A DNA stretch of 64,000 nucleotides, taken from contig RDEW01000015.1 of NCBI GenBank assembly GCA_011109175.1, forward strand, positions 452,310-516,309, written 5' to 3'. This document shows positions 1-13,200 of the stretch, in pieces. How positions within the stretch are numbered: the stretch's first letter is position 1; each line of letters starts with the position of its first letter. The notes under the pieces were generated by a model. That model searched no databases, was not told the DNA's origin, and saw only the letters and a list, made by a program, of their open reading frames with translations. Origin of the DNA: Dicyema japonicum. Taxonomy: Eukaryota > Animalia > Dicyemida. Position numbers and translations under genes: made by a program.

Positions 1-492
1 AAGTAGTCAGGCCAACCGACGTCAGGAGACGCACTCAGTTCGTCATAGTCAAATAAGTCATCAATTGGCTTTAGAACCTTAAATAGCCAATTTAGAATCA
101 ACCAAAATGTCCGAATCGAGAAAGACACATTTTTCAAATTCGACAAGTTTCCATGAATATAACTTCGAAAAAGTGACTCCGAGTTCGGGCCTTCTCAGCA
201 GGGCTAAATTTTCCGAGTCTTGGCTCTCCATTTCTTCAATTACTACTATCCTGTCGTAAAGACTCCTTAGAGAACAGCTAATTTGCTAAAATTACACTTA
301 CACGAAATTGTCGGAAACAGTTTTAGAAATCATCACGACCAAGTTTTTTGTGGTTTGAACATTTCTTAGTGATTGTCCTAAGGCCATGGCTCCCATTGCG
401 TAAGAGTCAGTGGTCGCGAGAGTGACATAAGCCTCTAAATAATAAAATCACAGGATTTAGCGGATAGAACTAAAAACGGTACAAATACCCAT
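1..492 (-). CDS. GYG1: Glycogenin (5' part; runs off the window edge)
   Basis: Spliced translation MEAYVTLATTDSYAMGAMALGQSLRNVQTTKNLVVMISKTVSDNFV...ENLALLRRPELGVTFSKLYSWKLVEFEKCVFLDSDIL/VLKPIDDLFDYDELSASPDVGWPDY matches the glycogenin GT8 motifs. GT-AG introns of 54 (435-488), 24 and 25 nt, at positions that match human GYG1 as I recall them. Confidence 0.93.
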
Positions 493-661
493 TTTTAAGT
501 AATGAATGTAATAAATCTGTTAATCTTTTAGGTTAACCAGTGAAAAAATAGATTATTCAAAATTATATTTAAATTAGATAATTAAATTTAATTTAGCATA
601 AATATTTAATTATTTTATCCACTGCTTAAATTTTCTGCTACACAATCTCATTGTAATATGA

Positions 662-916
662 CTAGATTTGGTCCAGGATTTTCCTCGACATCTCCACAGG
701 AAAAGAGTAGGATTCGACATCATCGCGCGTCCATGGTTGCGCATAAGAGTTTGCAACTCTTTTCCAACACTTCAAGTGAGCGATGCCACCACGTAGGCGA
801 GTAACACGACATGTTTTTTGAATATTTAGATTATTAATTAATCTCTCATTGTGGTGTCCATTCATTTCCTTTACAAATGCCATGAAAATCGAAGCTAGTA
901 AGAAAAGGGAATTCAA
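662..916 (-). mobile_element. Decayed ORF remnant with 2A-like peptide (GDVEENPGP) and an RLRGG motif; probably the N-terminal part of a non-LTR element
   Basis: Minus strand 719-669 reads CRILLFSCGDVEENPGP. RLRGG lies in a neighbouring frame near 785-800. Stops flank the motif. Confidence 0.55.
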
Positions 917-1399
917 AATTACTCAGCGATGGACATCTGGAAAAGACACTCTCAATCATTTCTAGATGCGTGCTTGTATGGGTTCGAGGGAGCAACATCT
1001 GGCCAGGATGATTCCTCTTTTGGAGTGTGTCGGAATCACGTAGTAGTTAGTTTAGCTTTACCCAGGCCTTTGGAATTTTCATTTATCATCACAATATCTA
1101 TAAATTCCATAAATTTATCAAAAATATGGTTTATATCAAATTTTTAGTGTCGAGCAGTTTATTTTTTGAATTATTTTTGTCATTTAGGTCAAGGTTGAAG
1201 AACTACTAAGGTTCTGCTCGCTAAGTGCTCCTTTCCTGCTCTCTTCTATACAAATTGACTGAGGATTTGTACGACACGCTATTTTAGGCTAGAAATACAT
1301 GATATATGGCAGTAATTATGATTTTTAAATTTTTTCTTAAAGATGTGTTTTGTGGGTTTATACTTTATTTGTGGCTAATTGATTAATCATTCCTCAATT

Positions 1400-2130
1400 C
1401 GTGCAATCCCTCTTTACCTCGCATTTAAGCCATGGAAACAGAAAACAGTGGAAAACCAACAATCTTGGTGATCCAGTCTCTATGACTGATTGGGATTTCC
1501 CACGTGTTTCATAATCTCTAGTTGTTTAATTTTATTTTTAAAATAAGCTGGAAAATTGAGGAATCCGCCCCATTGCGGTCGGAACTATTTCAGAAGACTT
1601 GCAGCAAAGGTAGCATCGACCCTGGTGAGCCGACAACTCGGAGAGGAGTTCTTTCCTAAACAAATGGGTGTTAGTATCCAGAACGGATGTGAAGCTGCGG
1701 TTCATGCAGCAAGGCGTTTCTTCAAAGAGAAATATTTCAAATGAATGCATTGGAATCAAGTTGGACATAAAGAATGCATTCTATTCTCTCAAAAGAGATA
1801 TAATTATGGAAACGTGTTGGAAGAGGACTCCAAAGCTTTTCCCTATGGAGAGATACGTCTCTGGTTTTTGAAAATGAAATTATTAAATCAAAAACGGGGG
1901 TCCAACAAGGAGATCCGCTTGGACCTCTTTTATTTGCACTGACCATTGATGATGTTGTGAGATCAATTGATGCACAGCTAATCTCGAGTTCTTGCGCGAA
2001 CTCCGAAAAATGATTCCCAGAAAACAAAGGATCAACGAGAAAAATTATGGCTGAGACAAAAGATTGGAATGGCCATACTCCGAGGGAACTCGTTCACGAT
2101 CCACGACATTTGTTTTTTTGTTAAATAATT
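1400..2130 (+). mobile_element. CRE-clade non-LTR retrotransposon fragment, internally deleted
   Basis: RT motifs PHCGRNYFRRLAAK, QMGVSIQNGCEAAVHAARRF, IKLDIKNAFYSL, GVQQGDPLGPLLFALTID (frameshifted), then a jump to the C-terminal WLRQKIGMAILRGN. Confidence 0.85.
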
Positions 2131-2199
2131 GTCTTTAATAAAAAAAATTTAAATACTGACAACGACTCCAGGTTGAGAACAAAAATTAAAATAAGCAAT

Positions 2200-4280
2200 A
2201 ATCTGTTTAATTAATAATCAGTTCGAAAATTGAGGTCATCTTATGACCTTAACTAACACTCGAGAAGTGGATGTTAACCTTTGTGACAGCTAATTAACAT
2301 CTACTCAATGAAATGCCAATTTCAAAGGCTATGAAAATTAAGTTATTAACCCCCGCTTCACTGAAACTAGGAAGCTGGCGACCATTAGGAAACGCAGATT
2401 ATCCAAGGTCCTTCAATATTAACATAAGCGTTCGAGCTCCTGTCTGGAAATTTCGAGAAACATTGATTCGGGGGTGCATATCACAGTAGGTCTCCATCCC
2501 AGTAATTTGTTTTCCTAGAGGCCACAGCACGTGAGGACACAAAATCATGTGTTCTTTTGTTCCTTGATTACCTGACAGTGTGAAAATTCGACGGAGTGTT
2601 CATTTTAGGTCAATGATGATTTTTGTGGACATTCCTGCGGTTTTTTGATTCACGTAGTGGAAAGGTCGGATATTTTGATCGAGAGACTGTAAATGTAAGC
2701 TTTGCAATTCAAGGTGAGCTTTCAAGATTTGTCTCTTAGTGAATGTGATCAATCAAGGGTGGATTAAAGGCACCCACTTTAATTTTTATACCTGTTCCGA
2801 TTTTTGCAAGAGACTTAGTAATGTGCCAGGAGCATAATTAGATGGTCTTGATAAATTGTTTGTATAAGAAGTGAGACATTCGTTGGGTCGTATCTTGATC
2901 GGGTGCTCACTCCTCACCTTACACAAGCTTGTACTTGGCGAAGAACCGAATTAACATCGTGTTAATCTTAAGGATTCCATAGAAATTGGTGAGTACTAGA
3001 TTTATCCAAATGTCCCCCATTCAGTTACTTTGTAAGCCCTTTCTGAATAGCTGCAATCTTCTCGATATTTGTCCAGAAGATTGATGTTCCCCGCGAAATG
3101 CATGTGCAAGAAATACATGGTTCGATGGACCTGTTTGTATATTGATTCTGATAGAATGGCTTCCTATATTCCATAGCCCTAAGGGGCATTTCATTACATT
3201 GATCTTCTTGAACATATAAAGAAAAGCACACATGCACGTCGAAGGATACCCCTAGGATTTTGTGAGATTTGTTGTAAGAGATTTGACATTTTTATCGTGA
3301 ATTCGACTGTCTGTTTTCCTAGCATCTTGTTTGAGGTAGGAAGGCTCATAACTGATAAAGTTGGAAAGAGGTTGAATTGATTTTGATCAGTTGTATATAG
3401 GGATACTGAGGAATTTTTAAGTGGGGGTCTTCCAATTCTAAGCCATCCAGTCAGATAAAAGATTTAGATAATTTTGAACTTATTTGTGACTGGGAGTTCA
3501 TATTTTTGTTGCAACAATAATACCGTCAGAATAGGACAGAAAAAGAGTTACATGAGTTTTGGGCATGTCAGTGAGATGAAGGTTAAAATTACAGTGAGAG
3601 GGTTGATCCCTGGGAGATAGCGGAAGCGAGATATATGGGCGTATAAACATATTTTGTTGGTGAAAGGAACCATACGGAAATGCGACTACATGCTTTAGTC
3701 ATGTCGGTTCTTTCAGGGAAGAATTGTTGAAGCCGCTAAAAATAAATAGCGTCAAGTGTTGAGGTGGAACATAATTGAGTGGAGGTGATTTGAAAAACTT
3801 GAGATGACAGGAAATTGCATTCAGTATCATCATGTTTTTGCAGGTGAGTTTCAGCATTCTGATCAGGTCGTAAGGGAACTCGAGACTTTATGTATATTCT
3901 TGGTCACTGTGGAGGCTGAGTTTCACGAGGCCTTGTGATTTTGGAAAATGGGAGATGACTTATTAATGATAATTGGCAATTGAATCATTGGTTTGGTGGT
4001 TGAAGTCCCCATCCATTGAGAAGAAAGTGCACACGTTTGATGAATCGGATGATTTTTTCCTGTTCATGATAAATTCTATGATTGATTGCCTTAATATTTT
4101 TCGTGTATTCCTTCACGAATGATATCCAATATTTCCAGGTTAAAGTAAGGATTGTAGTCGTGGCTGAATCCTTTGGGGATGAAATTTTCCTGACTGAATT
4201 AAAAAATGCTAGTGATTTATTGAGAAGAGAGTTTTACAAAGCCTTTAGCTTTTTCTCCAAAAATTTGGCTCCTTCAGTCT
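2200..4280 (-). mobile_element. Penelope-like element relic (RT region, heavily decayed)
   Basis: VSFDVHVLF near 3245 resembles the PLE VSFDVxSLF motif. Upstream SRFRYLPGINP and GIIVA..TPSHK resemble PRFYGLPKIHK and RPIV..PT. Many stops and frameshifts. Confidence 0.55.
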
Positions 4281-4289
4281 CTGACTCAA

Positions 4290-4480
4290 GCCATACATCT
4301 AAGTAAGCCGAGGATCAGAAGAGAAGGAAGTGCCGAAACATTACGAAAAATCATTGTCTGTCCCATTTGCTGTTGAGACATCAGGAATCCTTAGTCTACA
4401 CTCGACGATCTAGTCCGTCGGATCATGTGATCAAGATAGGGAAATGTCGATGATAATCTGGTTTTGATCCGAGGTTAAGT
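4290..4480 (+). mobile_element. CRE-clade C-terminal (RLE) fragment
   Basis: AEDQKRRK.RNI..NH..PFAVETSGIL matches the C-terminus of the other CRE copies. Confidence 0.7.
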
Positions 4481-4807
4481 CGTTTCTGACATTTCAACAA
4501 TTCAATGGCAAAAGGGAAAGAATGCCCAGTTATAGATCAGGGACGTATTGTTTTTTACGACTTCTTACTCTTTTAAAGAAGATTCCTTTCTGGTGGACCC
4601 AGACAAGAAAAAAAGTAACCCGTCTTTTTGGTCGTCAAGAAAGCATGATGGGCATAGTGGAGGACAGATACGAATGTAAATGGGGAAGCATAAACTTTGT
4701 ATTTTCATGTGATTTAAAAGTTATAATTTAGTCACAAAATTTGACGTAAATACATAATTGTATGATTTTGTACTCATTCATTTTCGATTATTTTGCACTT
4801 AACTGAC

Positions 4808-5360
4808 ATGCGTATAAGTAACGATATAAAGTCACTTACAGCTGAACCTGTCGATGTTCTCAGATGCCGACTTGTTGACGCTGAAAATTAAGGATTTACA
4901 GCGAAAGAATAAAAAACTGAAGGAATTCGCTAAATACGTTCAGTTGAGCAATAATGATTAAAGGAAATCGACAGGAATTTAACTCCCTACAACAGTTGGT
5001 ATCCCACAGGTAACTACTACACACGTGGGGTCAAAACAAGTCCCAATATTTGCGACGTCGAAAAACTGTTGGAGATTATCGATGAGCAGAACCAAGTGAT
5101 TGAGTCACTAAAGCAGAACGTAATCGAAAATAAGATTAAAAAAAGTAAAAATATAAGTGAATTGCTAGGACAGAGCGGGTTATCGTTGAAAGAGAGGTAA
5201 CTTATAAGTAACTCCAAGTTCGAGAACCAATCAGGACTCCTTAACTTTCAGCATCAACTCGACCTAATGAACAGACTAAGTAAGGCAGAATCAAAAATAT
5301 CACAACTAAGCAATGAAATAAAGTGTTGTTCATGGCAGTTCAACAGCTATTTAAACTGAC
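4808..5360 (+). CDS. Putative multi-exon coiled-coil protein gene, convergent with the ETS gene
   Basis: Open segments LTLKIKDLQRKNKKLKEF and DVEKLLEIIDEQNQVIESLKQN with short GT-AG intron-like spacers. I could not build a fully consistent frame. Confidence 0.3.
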
Positions 5361-5393
5361 TAATTCATTACAAATAAAATATGGATTTTTGTT

Positions 5394-6528
5394 TTACTGA
5401 TCCCTCAGTGATAACGGAATGATTCCGTACGCCTGATAAATCTCTGAAGGCCCACAGCCGAGAATTGGTCCCAAATCGAATGCGAACCGATAAACGTATC
5501 TTTTTCCTATTTGTGACTTTAATCAGCTACCATAGGTTTTCGCGAGGATATTCTTGTCGTAATAATAGCGAAGTCCTCTACTCAACTTCCGTAGTTCATT
5601 TTCGGTTTGTTTTTCCGAATCCCCCAGAACTTTGCGACCTTGTTTGGATTGATCATTTTGAATTCCCACCCAACTCCCGTCCAGGAAATATAATCGTGGT
5701 AATTCTGGTCCACCAACAACTCCAGAATGAACTGCCACAGTTGAATAGGCCCACACCCTTAAAATTATATAAAGAAATGATAAAAGCGGTTTTATGGCCT
5801 AATATTTCTTATCATATTAAATTGCCGATTGATTCATCATGAAATACGCATAAAGTTTTAATTTACCATTCCAAATTCGTATTGAAGTTTGGAATCTAGA
5901 CAATCGGGGTTTCATGCATTCATTTGGGGGATACTAAAGTTAGATTATCCATACAGTCTCAGTCGAATAAATTTCACCCGAGAAGACGTTATTTCTGTAG
6001 TTTGATCCAAAATGCGGGAGATTGACTGGGGGATTGCTGTAGTCGACTGAAAATAGGCAATCAACCGTAGAGTGAGGCGGAGAAACAGTCTTTTTGTATT
6101 TCGGGACATTCGCTTGGAAGGCGACTGAGGTGATAATTTTATATACCATTTTTGATGGTTTGAAAATATTCCCAAATCGCATCAACCTCTGGGCAACACA
6201 GCAAAGAGTAGAACTGCTCCCTGGTAAAACTAAAAAGCGTTTTCCCATCAAAATTCAAGTTTTTGAAATCGATAAACCCAATTTCTTGTGAAATCCAGTT
6301 AAACCAGTAGATAACCTCCCGGTTACTCCAATTTGCAGGATCTATGATAAGGGAGTAAGCCAACTATAGGAAATGTCATAATATCTTATGAAGTTGTGGA
6401 AGGAGCATAATATCGACTCCGGTGAATATAGGATTGAATAATTGTGTTCGTAATCTAGAAATGAGAATTGTAGTACTCTGGTAGTATTGTCCCCCGTCAC
6501 AATAAGGAGCATTTAATCTTGAATTCAT
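5394..6528 (-). CDS. ETS1: Ets1/2-pointed family transcription factor (PNT/SAM + ETS domain)
   Basis: PNT domain [17 protein letters not shown]...[13 protein letters not shown]...AIWEYFQ. ETS domain [15 protein letters not shown]...[11 protein letters not shown]...[12 protein letters not shown](EK)[22 protein letters not shown]. Introns of 22, 23, 22, 21, ~110 and 24 nt. One 1-nt frameshift near 5588. Start codon tentative; the symbol marks the Ets1/2 family, not a specific paralog. Confidence 0.9.
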
Positions 6529-7159
6529 GTTAGATTTGAAGTGTAATTGCCGTTTCTCTTAAATTGTATTAGTAATTCCCGCAAATTAGTCCGCCGTTCG
6601 ATGTTAGATCGAATTTGATTATTTCTCAAGAATCTTCCCTTGACAATTATGGCACATTTTCTTTGTAGTCACACCACTTGAGGAGGAGTAATAATCTTTA
6701 TTAGCTGACTCTGACAGTTTTAATAACTCCGCTAATAAAGTGATTATCACCAATTTAAATCCATTGTCTTTACTTCATTTCATGACATTTCTATTCCTCG
6801 CTCTTCCACTTGAGTCAACCATGTTTGATTTATAGGCACATTTGCCCCTTAATAGCCATTTTGACCTTAAAATTTAGTTTACTTGAAATTTATCTTTCAA
6901 TCTATTTGAAGGTCCATTTTGACGAGTTTGCTTAAATTACTGATAAATTAGAGAATTGAGTTTTTAGCCCAATCTCGGAAATCAGCTATTCACTTTTTAA
7001 TGGTCGGCTAATTTATCAGTTTTCAATTTGACTTCAGCATAAAATTTATAATTCCTATTCCAGCTATTTATCGCTGGAAATTAAAAACTTATCTACATAC
7101 TCAGTCCCCTCCACAACCCTTGTATTTTCTAGCATCCAAAGATATGTCTTCACTAACTC

Positions 7160-9540
7160 CCCATATATTATTATTTAAAGCACTTTCACATAACCAAAGA
7201 ACGTTATATTAACTAAGGGCCCGTTTGTGCAACACGTTTTGAAATTTGCTTCACTTTGCTTCCATCGCCCTCTGCTTTGCGTATCTGTCCTTAGATCTTC
7301 TAGATCTTCTGCAGATTTAAGTTTTCTTCCAATTCCATTAAGATCCTTGTTCAGAGCCACAGGTAGAGTGACTCTGGGTCTTCCTCTGAACGATGGTTTT
7401 GTTCTCATTGTTAAAGTAATTGTCCATTATTATATTTGCAGGGGCGTTTATGTCCATTCTAAGCACGTGCCTAAACAGTCTCCATCTTGATTCAATAATG
7501 TCGATGCTTATTGGCCTCGATGTGCCACAGAGTATAATTCTTATTTGAAATCTTCTTGGGCCGACCTATGCCCATTAAATTGCGTAATTGCTTTCGATGA
7601 AATATATCCATTTTCTTGAGCTCTAGCTCTGTGACCCCCCATGTACCCGAGTTGTACATAAGCACAGGCTTTATATATGAGTTGTATAGTCTTATTCTTA
7701 GATTTGTTCTTATTAGTTTTCGTCGACTCCATATCCTCTGCATTTTCTTATACATGGCAGTAGCTAGAACTGTTCTATACATCATGTCCTCACTATCACC
7801 AAGTAAGGATCCCAATTTATTCTTTTTTCCTCCAATTTTCATCAATATATTTTGATTCCCTTGTGATTCTTATGCTTCAGTCTTTTCCTGATTAACTCGC
7901 AGAGACCAATTCTTAAATTTTCCAAGGATTTTTTAAAGCAATTCCAAGTTCAGATCATTTTCTGACACAAAATCTGTGTCATTTGCATATATAAGTTTCA
8001 TCGGCATGCATCCTTCACATTTTGTTCTAAGAGCTCTAAATTCAGCTTCCATGTATACGACGAATAGAACCGGAGATAGAGAGTCCCCTGAGGTATTCTA
8101 ACTGTTGTCCCGAAAGGCTTCGATGTTGTGTTCCCAACTCGTACAGTTAATTCAGTGTTTGATAATAGGAAACGACAAGTTTTGTGTTATCCTCATCAAG
8201 GAAACTCCCAGCAACATCCAACAATGTTTTTCCGTTGACAGTGTCAACGCACTGGACATGTCCACTCCCAAAATCTTAAAATCACTCCTGTATCGTTGAC
8301 ATATGGCACATATCCACCTGTAGGACCAAACAGCATCTACGGTCGAGCGTCCCTTTCTGAACTCACTCTGTCCCGGCGACAAAAATTCATAAACATCAGA
8401 AGATATCCGACTAAGGGTTATCAGAGATAGTATCTTCCTCAATGTTCCCAGTAATATCACAGGTCTTAGATTTTTATCGGTCCCTTGCTCTTTCCTGGTT
8501 TATGCAGAGGAATCAAAATTCCATCACCAAGTTTCCAGGGGAATGCGTCTCAAATACCTTATTGAAAATTTTGTAATGAGGGTTGTCAATTCGCCTAATT
8601 CTTTTCTATATATCTCTATAATCGTTAAAAAGGTCTTTTTTCTAATCTCTATAATCATAAATTTCTTTCTTTTTCTTTCTAATCCCTTGACAATACGATT
8701 TCTTTTTTTCTTAACTCGTTGTAAGTATCATATTTGTACACGATTCCATTCTCAGTCGCAATTTTTTTTGTTTAATTGATAATGATCAATTTCGTGATCG
8801 AAGACCCCTTCAAATCCTGCCGGCCTTTTTTCCCAAGCACGTCGAAACTTGCCATCTTTATTCCATCAACAGTAGCATCACAAATCATCTCTGGGAGATT
8901 TTCCATATTTATGTTCACAATCTCCTTCTTAATTGCCATACAATAATCTTCACGCATCTTCTCACATAAGCATAATTTTTCCACAATAAAACGATCCAAA
9001 TAAGCTCTCTCTTTCTAGCTCCATCTATTCCGAAATATCTTTTCATTCTGAAACGTGCAACCAGCAGTTTATGATCACTATAAGTGATGGTGTCTCCATA
9101 GCTGCGGGAGTCTGTTAGTATAGCACGAAGAGATCTTTTACATACAAAATAATCAATCTGGTTGTACATCCGAACATAGTCACCATTTCCATCCTTTCTG
9201 AGTCCAGTCCACGTAGTCTTATTTCTCGCGTAGTTTTATGCCTCCCCAAATATACAGAAGGAATATTTTTTAACCCAAAAATTACCGGTAAGTTAGGGAG
9301 GTAACACGCCACTAGGTGATTCCAGCTTCTCTTAGTAGCCTTCTAAACTTCTCTAGATGTTTCTCCCGCGACTCAAAGCACTTTTTATGCACTCTGAGGA
9401 CACACCGGTGCTTCGGGGGACTGATTTAATATGGATACCGTTGCTACTTCTGTGGATATCTCATTCAAATAATTTCTTAGTTATTTCTATTCTGTTAAAC
9501 AGGTATCACTTTAGTCGTATTAGTGATCGCTCCGTTGACG
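7160..9540 (-). mobile_element. RTE-clade non-LTR retrotransposon, near full length, decayed
   Basis: APE (YNQIDYFVCKR..SDHKLLVARF), RT (PGQSEFRKGRSTVDAV, GVDMSSA, PQGDSLSPVLFVVY), C-terminal LGSLLGD..RLYNSYIKPVLMYNSGTW, RGRPRVTLP, and a 3' GTGAAAGTGCTTTAAATAATAAT tail. Confidence 0.9.
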
Positions 9541-10049
9541 TAAACTGTAAAATCATATATTTCAGCTAAGGAGGTGGCCTCCATCTTGTCTTGTTCGAAG
9601 TCGTCCGGGTTCTCTAGATATTGATTTTTTATAACTTCAAGACAAACAAGTAATTGTTAAACCGCAACTAATTATTTATCCCAGCTTCTAAAAATCTCGA
9701 GATTCTTCACCAGCGAACTCACCGTTTTCTAGAAGCTTTTTCGGAATGTTTACTTATGAAATCGATTGTACTTAATGTCAGCATAAAGTATCCCAGATAG
9801 TTTGATTCGTGGGCGTCCACAGAAACGTGATCTACTCTCAACGAAGTACTCCCCCGTCTCTTTATTAGCTGGGGTATCCATTTCCAATCCCAATATATAT
9901 TCGAAGAGCCTCTATCTCCGTCCCCATCTCAAAGGACCAGTGAGCAAATGTTATATAAAGCATTTTTGTCTATTTTCTGTGGCCATTTCAACCCGAGCAT
10001 TGTCCTGAGCTGCCTTCGATGAACCGAATCTATCCCCTGTTCCTCAGCC

Positions 10050-10450
10050 TTGGACATTGATGAATTATACAGTGGGACTGGTTTAACCTATCTGCAATGA
10101 TATATTGATCGTCTTCTGTCAATCCAGTTTTTTTAACTTTTGTTTAGCGTAGCTCTAGCAAGTATCTTTCTTAGTAATATGTCCTTACTGTCTCCAAGTA
10201 ATGACCCAAGCTTATTGATCTTTTTCCATGGTTCATCTGATGAGGAGTACCCACATTATATGGAATTCTCTTGATATAGTTTTACCAATTCGAACTCTTA
10301 ACTTCGTAAGAACTCATCATTTTCACTGAGTCAGAGTCCAGAATTCCTTCCGCTGCCTTCAGTAGTAGACCTTGACGGACTGTGTCTAAAACCTTCGATA
10401 AGTCTATGCCAAGAAGTTGAGTTTTGGTATCTTTGGTTACAGCTCAGCGC
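10050..10450 (-). mobile_element. RTE-clade fragment
   Basis: INKLGSLLGDSKDILLRKILARA in the minus frame. Confidence 0.65.
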
Positions 10451-10819
10451 CACTTGTGGCTCCAAACTATATCAGTAGTTCCCACTCCTGAATCCGCTAT
10501 GATTGGTGCAAGATAGTGGTCCACTTGATCCCTGACGCGATTCAATGTAACCAACGCCAAGACAAGTATTGAGCAAGATTATCGGTTGTAGGTTTTTGTT
10601 AGGCTTCAGGATAGGTATAGTAGTCCAGATTCAAAGGATAGGTATTCCTTTCTGGCAAACAGTATTTATAAGTGTTGTAATTTATCAATTAGCACAGGGG
10701 GGTCCATATTTTAGAAACTCTGGGTTAATGTTGTCTGGTCCAGTGGAACGATCATTTTCATTTTGCCCATTCTCCTTACGATTTCCCCAAAAGTAATTGA
10801 TTTTTCTAACAGTGTCGAG

Positions 10820-11785
10820 CAGTGGTTCCCAACATTAAGGTGCTTAACTTTGAATGGATTTTGAACTCAATCGTCATCAAATTTACTAAATAATTATTTT
10901 TTGGAAATAAGCTAGACATTCCTCCAACGGATGATCTCTTCACACTGGCATCAAGACCTAGAAGAAGACCTAGAAGATCTAAAGACAGATACGCAAAGCA
11001 GAGGGCGATGTCAGATAACACTGTTTCTCGTCGGATTTGTGCTTTGTCGGAGAATATTGAAAATAATGTCTCATTTTCTATTAAAGAAACTCGGTTTTCA
11101 TTACAACTTGATGAATCCACGGATATTGGTTTATTTAATATTTTAATTATAATAAGGATATAATGGTGAATCGATACAGGGACTGATTAATGAACATTTA
11201 ATAATTTTGGAAAACAAAATGGATGCTTATTTTCCAGACTTAGAAATTGAAAAATTCGATTGGGTTATTATTTTTTAAATATTTTTAGATACGAAATCCT
11301 TTTCTTGTATCAGAATCAAAACAATTATCTGTTAAATAAAATGAAGAACTTATTGCACTGTTTAATGATCGATCTTTAAAATTAATGATGAGGGAGTTAG
11401 ACATTGGAGAATTCTGGATATATATTCGAAACATATATCCCAGTTTATCAAAACAAGCACTAACCATATTTTACAGTTTTCAACGACCTATTTATGCGAA
11501 ACAGGTTTTTCTGGCTGCATAATATGATATAACAACGTGAAAGTGAGAAACATTGATGCTGAAATGTGGGTGGCTTGTTAACCATTCGACCTGATATTGA
11601 TGATATGTGCAAAAATAATAATAATTAAGATTTCATTTTTTATTATAAAAATTTGGGCATTAAATTACCAATTTTAGTACTTAGTTTTACACAACTTAAA
11701 AATTTAATTTTTTATTTTTTAATGTGTGGCGTGGATTATTTTTTTACGATTAGTGTGCCGCGAGAATTATTTTTGAAAAGCTCTG
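10820..11785 (+). mobile_element. hAT (Buster/ZBED5-like) transposon relic containing a short RTE 3' fragment (~10935-11015)
   Basis: Left TIR CAGTGGTTCCCAAC at 10820. Transposase motifs FSLQLDESTDI and FSTTYLCETGFS. Subterminal GTGTGCCGCGAG. No clear TSD. Confidence 0.75.
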
Positions 11786-11929
11786 ATGTACATAATTGAA
11801 TGTTTTTTCGTGGTCATTTTCATTTTCAAAAATAGGCCGCTATGTATTTCTACTTGGTCGATGGGGTTATCAGAGGTTTTCATTACTTTTGCAGTGCAGA
11901 GAAATTGTCTCCAGGTGGAATGAATAGAC

Positions 11930-12060
11930 GGATCCTTTTGAATGTCGGCTAGGCATTGGGCGTCTCTTGAGTAAGGTGGATTCAATGACGCCACCAGAGG
12001 GAAAAAAGAGAAATCTTCAATCGGGTAGCCACATGACATCATATGCCACCAAGTGGTCAT
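11930..12060 (-). repeat. Structured short-repeat family, copy C (HDV-like fold at 11930-11992)
   Basis: GGCGTCATTGAATCCACCTTACTCAAGAGACGCCCAATGCCTAGCCGACATTCAAAAGGATCC, homologous to 46570, 51452, 36501 and 58987. Confidence 0.75.
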
Positions 12061-12139
12061 TTTTTAGTTTTTTTTTCAAAAACAAAGTCATGAAAGAAAT
12101 CAATTTATATTTTAACGAAACAACGAGTCACAAGTAATT

Positions 12140-13200
12140 AATTAATTAATTAGCTAATCTCCTCTTCTTGGGGCCAACGTCAATTGTCAGTATAGGTGTG
12201 TTTTTCGTTGTCGCACAACCCACATTTCCGAGACTCCCTAGGTCGACATTCCTTATCAGCTTCTCTCTCATCAGGTATTCGATACTCCATGTCTATCTTC
12301 AGCTTGCATGCTCTCAACGTCTTTCTCAATACTAAACGTTTGGATGTACGCTTTCACCCTTTCCTCCAGTTTTGAGGGCATCCAGATGGCCCTTGAAGAA
12401 TCTCGAAACAATCCCATCCCAGGTAATGACTACAGGGATTATTTTTACCTTTGCGCGATGAATACATCCGAGTTCGTTCGCCAGTAAGTCATACTTATGG
12501 AACTTTTCCACCTCGACTTGCTTGAGGCAGTTTTGGGACGTGATCCCAATTTCAACGAGAGTAATCGTATTACGCACCTTATCATGAACGAAAATATCGG
12601 GTTTGTTATTCTGTACAGCCGTATCTGTACTAATCGTTGTGTCTACACGAATCTCCACAAATTCATTTGAGACAACAGATTGGACTGAGTGGCTCTTCAG
12701 TTTCTTAGTTTTTCTTAATTCCATATTGACGGCAGAGGTGTAAGTGAATACATCTGACCACCTCGTTATGCCGCCTGAGATACGAGCTATTCAGCATTCT
12801 CCCACATCTAGTTACAAGGTGATCAACGGTCTTCTTTCCTGAGTTACAATGTTTGCACTTGGCTTCTCCATTATCAAAAAACATGTTACGATCCTGAAGC
12901 AGACACAGCCTTCCTTCGGTTACAGGAGAATGATTTCCATGAACTAACCACCCTGAGGATTCAGCAATATTCACTTCGGTATCTTTCAGACACTCAAATA
13001 GAATAGAGTCATGAATAAAACTAAATATTAATTATGAAGTTTCCAACAGATAATCCTCATACAAGTTTATCAGTTTTTGACGAGACAAAGTTCAAATCTG
13101 CATCCGGTGCTTCTTTAGTCCACAATCTAGGGTTTCTGATGACCCCAAAGCCATCAATTGGTTAATAAAAAATGACGAAAGCTCACATTCTACGTTAAGC
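12140..13200 (-). mobile_element. RLE-type (R2/R4-group) non-LTR retrotransposon, microsporidia-like family, 3' part
   Basis: CCHC CKHCNSGKKTVDHLVTRC, RRHNEVVRCIH, nuclease KPDIFVHDK..TLVEIGITSQ..EKFHKYDLLANEL, IPVVITWDG. (TAAT)n tail near 12145. Confidence 0.9.

Noticed and set aside
4310-4350. CAGAAGA...CGAAAC as a possible Penelope hammerhead
   Set aside because: It translates as CRE C-terminal coding sequence (AEDQKRRK..RNI), and the core is CAGA rather than CTGA.
5465-5842. 125-aa plus-strand ORF with a hydrophobic start
   Set aside because: It is the antisense shadow of the ETS domain exons.
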